Below are positions 53,956-64,000 of a stretch of 64,000 nucleotides of DNA, in pieces. Numbering within the stretch: position 1 is the first letter of the stretch; each line of letters starts with the position of its first letter. Where the stretch lies: contig NW_002060946.1 of assembly GCF_000150275.1 (NCBI RefSeq), forward strand, positions 3,119,454 through 3,183,453. The letters are read 5' to 3'. Both the position numbers and the translations under genes were made by a program. Under the pieces are notes generated by a model. That model searched no databases and had not been told where the DNA came from. It saw only the letters and a list, made by a program, of their open reading frames with translations. Source of the DNA: Trichoplax adhaerens (Eukaryota > Animalia > Placozoa).

Positions 53956-55107
53956 TCAATTTACCGATTTTACATTATTTATCGGAGAAGTTTGATTGTA
54001 AATAGCATTGATAGATCGAGTAGAATGTCTAGTTATGTAAAATAATCGATTAAAGTTACTAAAACTATAAAACTGCTGGACTTGACTAGCAGAATTGGCT
54101 CGCACTAAAATTAGATCATGACGGTAACAATCCCTTAGTCGTCTTAATGTACTATAACATTGCCGCCGATAAAAGGAATTAATTACAAGATATATGATAG
54201 GGTTAAAACATGCATTAATCATGACTAATAAAATATTGATGAAAGCAAAGATTGAATTATAATGCGTAATCATGAAGTTGAATAAGGTGAAATAAATCTG
54301 ACTGGGTAGCCAACAAACAAAATATACTACAGCTGAAGTAAATGCTACAAATGTTAATTGACGCATCATACGACGATTTCTTTGCTTAACTATAGCACTT
54401 GAACTACTAATTTTATTAGCTGATTTATGAAAATTTATTAATAAAAATATATAACATGTGAAAGTTATAGCCATTGGAAGAATTAATTTTAAAATTAGCT
54501 GAATGACATAAATAAATTGATTTAATTCTTGACTACAGGGCAATGGTCGCCAGCTGCACTGTACTGTACAATTGAAGTGACAGTAGTTATGATAGATATC
54601 AGGCGAGTTGATTAACATTGCAAAGGGAAAAACAACAGAAATGGATATTGATGTGAAGCGTGATGTGAATATGCTTTTATATTTGATTGGTCTAGCAACC
54701 ATACACCATCGCTCAATACTTAATAATGTAGTGATATAAGTTGAGATGGTCCCAAATGACCAAAAGAAATAGTAGGATTTAAATAATCCACAGTATAGAG
54801 TTGTAATCCAATCACTTTCAATTGAAATAGCACCGTCTATAACAACATCTGGACCAACTAGTATGACAACTCCAATCAAGCCATCAGAAATAGCCAAAGA
54901 TAGAATAAATTTACTGGAAATGAGCCGAGATAATGCTTTATTCACAATAAACACCGAACAAATTAATAAGTTGCCAAATATAGCTATGCTACCAAGTGCG
55001 ATCAGTATTACCTTTACAAAAATGGGATTTATAGCGATTGTCAAGGATTGAAAATAATGGTAATGTTTAGAAGGGTTGTCCTCCGTCATAGTATGATTTG
55101 AAGCCAT
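53956..55107 (-). CDS. Class A orphan GPCR, single coding exon, subgroup B
   Basis: 7TM; FGN, LAISD, SIERW, CWLP, NPIIY. Start moved to the first ATG (MASNHT, aaaATGg context) at 55107. Confidence 0.94.
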   Translation of the reverse strand: MASNHTMTEDNPSKHYHYFQSLTIAINPIFVKVILIALGSIAIFGNLLICSVFIVNKALSRLISSKFILSLAISDGLIGVVILVGPDVVIDGAISIESDWITTLYCGLFKSYYFFWSFGTISTYITTLLSIERWCMVARPIKYKSIFTSRFTSISISVVFPFAMLINSPDIYHNYCHFNCTVQCSWRPLPCSQELNQFIYVIQLILKLILPMAITFTCYIFLLINFHKSANKISSSSAIVKQRNRRMMRQLTFVAFTSAVVYFVCWLPSQIYFTLFNFMITHYNSIFAFINILLVMINACFNPIIYLVINSFYRRQCYSTLRRLRDCYRHDLILVRANSASQVQQFYSFSNFNRLFYITRHSTRSINAIYNQTSPINNVKSVN

Positions 55108-58100
55108 TTTAATAAAATATACTTGATATCTACTTTCAATCGTAGCTGAAGAAAGGATCAAAGGCGACTATGGTGTGGAAATTCATCCAAATATTAATAG
55201 GGTAACAGGTAGAAATAAATCTAAGCAAAGGTGTTATCGAGCTTTTAATTTATATCCGCATAAGTTTACTAATTAGAATATAAATTACCAATGGGCAGAA
55301 CTAACAGCAGTAAACCTTTGGACCAGCCTTAAATGGTACACCAAAGCCTACAATTCGAATCGTCTTCAAGTTGTAAAGAATGATCGGCCGGGCAATGATG
55401 TGGCTTAATGGTGCTGTTTAAAAAATAGATGATAAGGTGACGTTTATATCACTTATTGTGAAAGTGGGAGAAAATTTGATATTTTCGTTGAATGCTGCTA
55501 AAGTACGAGTGATTTTCTTGATAAGGCCGACCATAAAATGTAACTTTAATTTCGCTTCGTAGAGTACTGACACGAGAGTTGTTCCAATTTGTAGTTGATG
55601 TAATTGCGAATGAAAAGAATTGATAGGAGGCGGAAAATTCGTCGCAAGCTGAATACAAGAAATTCTGATCAGGAAATACCCGCTATATACATATATCGTC
55701 AGTTTTATATTTTATTAAAGTGCTGTAGCATAACACTTTTAAATAAGGATATTTTCGAAACTTTAGAAGAACAAGTACGGATCAATTTATTAATTTATTC
55801 CATTAGCTACAACTCAATCAGGGCGATTACATTGTGACCTTAAATGATTTTCCTTTTATACCGTTGATTGTGTTTCTAAAAATCAACATCTGGCCCTCAA
55901 ATAATTATCATCTCATGAATTATAGATAACTTTGTCCACAATGAAACATATTGATTACATTATCCATTTTGGTACGCTCTAATGGAAAAAAATCCTAATG
56001 CTTTATTTTCAGCCAGCACTCTAGCTAATCCTTTCAACAAACTCTTTATTATGTCAATAGAAATGGAATAAAATCTACTTAATTAGATTTGATAAGCTAT
56101 TAAAATAGTTTGATTTACATCTTTTACCCTAAATACAGTTTAATTGATATATCTTCACTGAATTTTTGCCTCCTTTTCATAACAATTTCTAACCAAATGA
56201 TTAGTGTGCATGCATAAAATAACGCCATGAATGAAGTCTTATTGTCTATCTTTAGATTTTAATGGAATACTGTCTTTCAATAATTATTGATGGTGGAAAA
56301 AGAGAGCGAATAACTACGCTATGTTTGTTGACTATGACATTAAGCTTTGTTGACATATTGTTAGGACAGCTTTAATTATGGGTTATAATAGTTATCTGTT
56401 ATTGCCGATATCTTGAAACGAAGTTAATGTAAGTCTAGCTCATCAGTAGATGTAACTGTAAAATTTTATTGTCTTCATTAATTGTCTCACTGTACTTTTC
56501 AATGGCATTCCAGAATTTTCTTGATCAATGCATTAAATAAAATTCCCACCAGATAGGCAATCAGTATACATACAGTTTGATCTGAATACTATTAAAATAT
56601 AAAATATTTCTACTTATTAGTAATTAGAGAACTACGGTACATTACTGTCAAGTAAAAATTAGTTTACTGATCGTATTTACTGGAATGATTAATATCCTTC
56701 TAGTCGGCAGACAGTAATTCATAATAATATCAGTACTATTAAGGTAGAACGAACGCGGTAACTTTAAAGAAGTCTACTCATAAACAGTAATATGCTGTTT
56801 ATTCTATTTCTTTGGCTAGTACAAATGAATCTAAACTAATTTTTATCCATTAAATTAATAAATGTTACAATTGTAACTATCGCTATTGTCATCCTACTAA
56901 TCAATTTTTAATTCCATTACAGTATTTAAAACAATTTTTCACAGAATCATTTTATTCCTTCAAGTACCCAATCGCTCATATTTAGACCTTTCTAAAGCTT
57001 TAGAACTGTACACATAGCTACAAAGTATTGCATGCATTTAGGAAGCCCGTGTAACTTTACAGTATTTAAAAAAATAATAATAACCGCATGTTGACTTGAT
57101 GTAATGGTAAGCCCAAGCAGGTTGCAACTTCGATATTAAAGTATATCTCGATCTATATAACTATGAAATACCATTAAATGGAGTATCATTCGTGAAGTGA
57201 TTGTGTCATTTTTGAATATTTTAGGCCCGCTTTTAAATATTTAGCGCAGCAGAAATTAGTTGAGATAAATACAATTAACACCCACTTCCTTCCATGCACG
57301 GAGCCTAAATGGCTCTGTCTATTCGTTCTGAGAATAATGTTCAACCATGATTTCAATAAAAGAAATCCTTATTTTGACTTTTGCTACTGTTATAAATTAA
57401 TAATGAAGACTACGCATATATCGTATTTGGAAATAATTTGTTCTAGGATGTATTTTTAAAAACTTTTTTCTACTCCAATTTATTTCATACACCCGATTTC
57501 CTAGGTCATGACTTTATTACCGACACCACAATTTCTCTTTTACTAAAAAGAGTGCTACATCTTGATCATTTTAGGTAAGCTATAATTATCTTTAATAATT
57601 TAAGGTAGTTTTTATCAAACGGATTCAAACGTGAATATCTAATATGAAGTAAAGAGAATTTTCAAATAAGAAATGACTCCTGGATTTCCGTCTATAGGCT
57701 TGAAAAGGTACACAGTGCTTTATTTATTTAAACCGTAATGAAGCATCGCCATATACATCTCTAGAATTCTAGTTTATGATATATTTTATTAATTCTTATG
57801 ATGAATAAAACAATTTAGTGCGAATTATTTTTATTTTATTTTACGATTACAACTACTAAATCTGAGATTCAAATTTTATAGTGTTCTCAAGTGCTCAAGG
57901 ATAATATAATATGAATGTTATGGTGAATGAAACTATTTAATTCCATTTTGATTGCATTTTACAATTTTAAAAAGCTTATTGCTCGAATGTTAAATACTAT
58001 TGAGGGGTCTGGATTTCCCCCTGTATTGTATACAATTAATCGCAAAATGCAATAAAAATTCGGATTAAATGATTTCATGTAACACAGCATTCATTTTTAT

Positions 58101-61100
58101 CTTTGGGTAAATACCATAAAAATAACATTTCTGACATACTAGTGGTTCTTGACTACTTCTTGACAAAGAGTACTGATCCTTGCGTTAAAAGTATAAACGT
58201 TAATCCCAAATAGATTTGTTCAAAGCAGTTTATTGAAAATGTTGATATTATCTTTTCATCTTTTACCTTGTATCTATCGTCTCACTATATAAAAGAATAC
58301 TGCCGTATATCTAAATTAGAAATATCTATATTCATCCTGGTTCGACTATTCAAATTGTCAATTGAAATCAAGGATACTGTTTATTCATCGTCCATTTATC
58401 ATGTTGCCGACAATGGAAAACAGCCGTTGTAGACGAAAAATTATTTATTTCCTGCAGGTAGGAAATCCTATTTCATTATCGGAAAACGGCTTAATAATAA
58501 TACAGCTATATAAAATCAATTTAATATTATCATTACTGAAGCAAATTTCGATGGTAAATTATAATAACAGATAATAAGTTTGTAGTAAATAATGTACTGT
58601 ACATGGTCAATTAAATTATATAATAGTGACGGTTATCAATGTCTGTGGAGAGCATAATATTTTAAGCGACTTTTGCTTTCTTTATATACCGTTGGTTGAT
58701 CAACGGAGGCATACAGTAGATTAGGAGCAAATCACGTATAAGCCTATGCTATTAATTAAATAGATTGATTGCCCTTGCATCAATGATCTATATCGATGGT
58801 AAAAATATTTTCATCCTCTTTGCAGTTTGAGCCTTATGAAGTAATTCGTATTATGAGCTATGATGCTAGTGCCAGCAACTACCGCCATCCTTCTTATAGG
58901 ATTGCTTATTTTTACTAGTCTTGCTTTCCGTCAACAGACAATACGAAAAGGCTAATCCATGATAACTCAACTGCATAAATATCATTAATTATGCAATCAT
59001 TAAAAGACCATTTAGATTTCTATGCCTTATGCAGTTACCGTAATACAATCTATATTTTTACGAAAAGAAACTGACAAGTCATGATTGGCACTTTTGAGTC
59101 ACAGAGCTGTCTTATCTTAGGAAAATTAGCTGTGTTCAGTAACATAGCTTTATTTAGATTACTAGATAGCTTATACTTTAGATTGTGTATTGTGTCTTGA
59201 TGATTCTACGAATGGGTATATCATAGCCTAACTGTCTTGTTTAGTCGTCGGATACCAATGTCCTTCAATATCACCGTATTAATTAAGCATTTAGATACAA
59301 ATTTACAACCTGATTTCATAGGCGCTTCTGATATTAATCATAACTTTTAGTTACAGTGAAAGGGTATGTAAGTCCGCCATTTTGTATAATGAAGTTATTT
59401 CTTTAATGAAGTGCTAAACGTTAAGTTAAAGGCATACAAATCACTGAGAATCTGTAGGATTAGGGGAAAGTGTTTCTAAGTATTTCTATCGTAAAATAAT
59501 TATTCTGGACACAGCACATATGAGTAGTCAGGGACTTGACTGAGTAACTACGATTTGTACGAAAACGAGAAATGACGATATTCCGAAAATCTTTTCATTA
59601 TATAGATTAACTATTAGCTACCGTTAACAAAGTTATTCTTAATTCTACGAGCCTTAATTTAGACTTCATCAAGACATGTAAAAACATAAATATTTACCTA
59701 TGCTTAACTCTAATTTTATAACCATTCTTGCCTAAAACGACGATTCGCGCTCATACATGAAACATTCAGTATTTGGTTCAGAGTAAAGATTTATAGATTT
59801 TAACTTTTTCTTTATCACAGAGCTGGTTTATGATAATTTGTTATAAAGAAGTGCCGTATCATATTTTATTCGGTTGCCGTGATTGGTCAATAAAAACAAT
59901 TCATCCCTATAATTTGTTTAACTTAAGATTTAGAAGTTTTATCATTTTTTATTTACAATTAATCGTATATTTTTCTAGGGTAATGCAATCTAAGAAAGTC
60001 CATCTTATCGGTAATTAAAATTTTTATATTTTTACTTATAGTATATTTGCTTAATGTAATAGATTAGTCACCAATAACTATTAAATTGACGAGTATCATA
60101 TGCAATCGTTTTGTCTATGTGTACATATATATTAGCAACTAAATCATTAATTATAATTATAGTTCCTTTCTGCTGGAATTACCGTTTTCACTTTACTGTC
60201 ACTCCAAGAAAATTTATTAAATTAAATTTAATGAACATTTCAGGTAGATGCATGAGATCGGAAGAAGCTTGCATGGATTAATTACTAAATGGGTCCAAAA
60301 CTCACAAACTAGGTTATCCAGACCCATTCGTATTTCTAATAGGAATATTAGACTCGCGACCTTTACTATTTGTAAGGGTTACATTTTTTAGTAACTTATG
60401 CCTGTACTGGAGGGTGATCAATTAGAAATTCACTTAGGATAATGGAATAATTGAAATGAATCATTGAATGTATCACTTTTTCATCTTAAATAATCGAAGG
60501 TAATCATTTTGATTATAAGATAGGATTGCTATCATTGCTTTTTGAAATAAGGATTTAACCATTTTGCTAATGAGCACAGTAATAACTTCAGTAGAAAAGA
60601 CATACATTAAAAAATTTTAAGTTGTTTAAGGTTCTGCAACTACATCGGTAAAACATGCGGTATATTACGGAATTGAGAATAATCCAATTTACTTGACCTG
60701 AAGGCTTAATAGATTTTCATCATACATGTTACGAATACGTTAACAGTTTCATTAAAATACAGACAGTAGTAAAAGTTTTATGCTACTTCAAGTGAATTAA
60801 AGAATTAATGACCCTCTGTTACAGTGTTATACACTGTATTACAGTAGAAATATCAATGTTAGGATAATTCTATTAGACTATCCTTATTTAGTTAACTTCT
60901 AATTTGGATATACTGTATTTTAATATAGCACTGACTTTTTATGACAGTGACACTTATACACATACTGAAATTAATAGTTCTAATAGGGAATGCAAATCAT
61001 CTGCTTACAGTTCGAATCATTGTGATTGTAATTTACTTATGGTAGACTGTAAATTATCATGGAAATGTTCCGTGATAGGACATATCGTAATCTGACTATT

Positions 61101-63041
61101 CTGTATTAGTCATTACATGTCTATGTTCGTAAATACTGTTGTCTGCATTAAGGGAGCAGTAGCTAAAATTAATATCTAATTCAGTAAATGATTCTAATGT
61201 TAATTGTATTAACTATGACTCATGAACTATTGAGGAATAGTATATAAATGCAGTATATCGTGAAATAAAGAAGAATTGTCCAACTTAGTGTTTAACGTAA
61301 AACACGAGGCGTTTAAGTCTTTGTGTAGTCTGCTAGTAGAGCAAAAGTGTTTGTGATAGTGCAGATATCGTTCCTTGATACGTGGTTCAAGGAATTGACT
61401 TATTGATCGTATATTGCGTTATCTTGTTGCAAAGCTGTTTTGTGACACCCTCACATGAATCATACTGTTGCACCGGTGGATGTACAATATATCAAGGATT
61501 CAAAAACAATGATATTAAAAGTCTTTTCAAAGCAACTGTTTCAGTTTCCTTATTATTCAGCTATCACAAACTTAACTTGCGAACTACTACCCTAAACTAA
61601 TAGATTACTTATTCCTATCTCCACTACACCTGGAGATTTACCGTGTTGTAGATCTATATTACTCGCACGTTACTCGCACATCGCGGCGGGTGCTAAAATG
61701 ACTCCAATATTAGTATCTATTAAGATTATACTAATTAATTTCAGAACACGTTTATGTCTTGGCTGTCTAACAAAACTATACGCGATTAATATTCATAATT
61801 ACTTTTTACCGTATTGCCATTAGCTACATAACGAAATCTACTTAATTAGTATGTACAGTGCTTTGCTCCGTACCATCAACAAATAAAGGAGATACAGAAT
61901 AATAAACAAGACAGATAAATCCATCGCTGGTTGAATTTTTTAATGGAATCAACTATTAAATAACAATTAGACTAGATGTCGGTATTCATAAAAATATGTC
62001 GTCGTCTGCTTTAATTTACCTTTATTGAATCTATTATGAGAGTGCGCGAGGATAATGTAACTAATAGAAAGCAGCATAATATCCTTCTGAATAAATCTCT
62101 GACATAATGCCAAATTTAAATCAATTTCCGATAAAGTACGGCTTTCACTTAATGAAATTTTGATACTCCACTCTTACTTTTTGTAATAACTATTACTCAT
62201 GCTTTCATAGCCAGAATTTTAAGCATTTATAAAATAAATCTCTTTACTTAATACTATAGTCATAAACGGAGTAGCTTTATCGGCAAGAATTTATAATTTA
62301 GATACTCCATCCTTAATTGTATTCACTTCCATTATGTTTCCAAGTAATAGTTTCAATATAGCGTGTAAAATATGTATTATATATAGCATAAACGAAACAT
62401 TGTAGTTTAGCTCGCCAGATTCGATTACCAGCCGGGAATAAGTAGCATATATTAATCACGCACTTTAGACTATAATAAGAAACAGTAACAGTGGCTATTA
62501 AGTGCATTGTATGGATATCCTTTTAACAAAGCTATTCGACCTATTAAAGGCAATTGAAGATATTAACTGTCACTTGACACCATTGCCTATAATGTTATTA
62601 GATCAAAGTTCAAAAAAGTTTAATCTTTATGAAATCAACTTCTTGAAAACAAATTATTTAATAAGTAGTCCTTTAAGAAGACTAATTTAATTCTTTTCGT
62701 ACAGCTATTGTCAAAAACAAGACACGATGAATAAAAATTCTAATAAACTAAGGCCATTCTGTAATTTTATTGAAAGTAAAATAGCATTTTAAGGTTAAAT
62801 CTATGAAACGATACAAAGGAAAAAACTAATGCGTTTTCAGAGCTGTTTCCATAGTTAACGGAATCAGATTAAGTTATAAATATATGTCAAGCAAAGTTAA
62901 TATACCGATAGGGAAATCTTTGTTAGACACCGACAGCTTAATTAATTATACATTTCAATTTAATTAAGAAATAACTCCGTTGTATATCGTCTTATATTAC
63001 CATCTGCCTTTAAGTAGGAAATCTTTAATCAAATTACTATC

Positions 63042-64000
63042 ATGATTACCCTGAAAAATTCAACGATATCCCCTGATCAGTTAGATATTACCGCCTTTTC
63101 ATCTGTTGCCTCCTTTATACACCCTCTTATTTTGCAAATCATCTACATCGCTATTATTGCCGTTGGATTTATCGCTAATTTTCTGATATGTTCACTACTT
63201 ACTTTGAACCAATCGTTAATGAATAAATTCCCTTCTTGCCGATTTATCTTCCTTTTGGCGGTAGTAGATGCTTTAACTGTAATCCTAGTTCTAGTTTCGC
63301 CATCATTTGAGATTCTTGGCTCATCATATCCCTATCCGCGTGGCAATATATCAGGTCCAGTGTTTTGCGCCTTTATTGGCTCAGACTTTTTTATTTGGGG
63401 CTTCGGCTTTGTATCTGTCTATACTATAACTAGTTTAAGTATAGAAAGGATGAGCTCTGTTGTATGGCCCAATGTCCATCATTCCTTGTTTCGAACTTAT
63501 CGCATGTATTATATCATGATTTTGGTATTCATTATCGGTTTGGCGTTATCCATTCCCAACATTTTACATGTCCGATACTTTCATGATCAAACGATTCCTT
63601 GTATATGCTTGCCATTAACGGATATCGTTTTCACTAATACTGTCGTCTATTTCACGCTGATAGCCCTACAATTTATTATACCGTTCACAATTACATTTAT
63701 TAGCTATGTTACATTTGCATATCAAATTCGTAAGACAAAATTTAGCTCGCCGTCGAATCAGTATGCTGTAAACATGGGGCGAAATTCAATACGAAATAAG
63801 CAAGTAATAAGTGCAGGATGCCTTAGTAATAATGCTACATCACCTACACTAGAAACATGGCGTCGGCAAACTAAACGAATATCGATCATTTCAATAATGA
63901 TTACATTAGCATTTTTTATTTGCTGGTTTCCAAATCAGCTCATTTACACATTGGTTCAGCTTCAGATCTTCAAATCTAAAAATCCATGGCTAAATATCCG
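63042..64000 (+). CDS. Class A orphan GPCR, subgroup A, truncated by window end (absent from ORF track)
   Basis: Open frame from ATG 63042: MITLKNSTISP...GFIAN...LLAVVD...SSYPYPRGN...SIERM...LQFIIP...ICWFPNQ...NPWLNI(R), with no stop before the window end. Confidence 0.93.
   Translation, partial: MITLKNSTISPDQLDITAFSSVASFIHPLILQIIYIAIIAVGFIANFLICSLLTLNQSLMNKFPSCRFIFLLAVVDALTVILVLVSPSFEILGSSYPYPRGNISGPVFCAFIGSDFFIWGFGFVSVYTITSLSIERMSSVVWPNVHHSLFRTYRMYYIMILVFIIGLALSIPNILHVRYFHDQTIPCICLPLTDIVFTNTVVYFTLIALQFIIPFTITFISYVTFAYQIRKTKFSSPSNQYAVNMGRNSIRNKQVISAGCLSNNATSPTLETWRRQTKRISIISIMITLAFFICWFPNQLIYTLVQLQIFKSKNPWLNI

Noticed and set aside
47043-55051. Antisense ORFs 47043-47342 and 54863-55051 (also 33016-33249 and 3781-4023)
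   Set aside because: Shadows of real coding exons on the opposite strand.
58824-58963. Possible exon or small hydrophobic peptide after a cctctttgcag acceptor
   Set aside because: No partner exons or homology recognisable; could be chance.
61382-61600. Cys-containing secreted-peptide-like ORF
   Set aside because: GTG start, no supporting splice structure or recognisable motif.
21457-64000. Named receptor orthology (galanin, allatostatin, somatostatin receptors)
   Set aside because: Only generic class A motifs are visible, so no gene symbol can be supported.

Overview
AT-rich eukaryotic (animal) genomic DNA with short GT-AG introns. The gene content suggests a basal metazoan such as the placozoan Trichoplax, but this is inference. 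Left part (1-17 kb): a tandem family of multi-exon genes that the ORF track does not resolve. Two can be spliced by hand into proteins carrying a divergent TIR-like domain flanked by low-complexity Ser/Gln/Asp/Glu-rich regions built from duplicated micro-exons. The 3' end of a probable third paralog lies at the window start. Two of these units are each followed by a 5S rRNA gene (one intact-looking, one decayed), so the 5S gene was co-duplicated with a protein-coding, immune-type gene. A ~108-bp tandem array follows at 16.2-17.2 kb. Right part (21-64 kb): a cluster of seven single-coding-exon class A (rhodopsin-like) orphan GPCR loci: four complete, one truncated by the window end and missing from the ORF track, and two pseudogenes. 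They fall into two subgroups in which a membrane-buried basic residue sits either in TM7 (7.39) or in TM5 (5.46). Most other short ORFs in the track are judged spurious.
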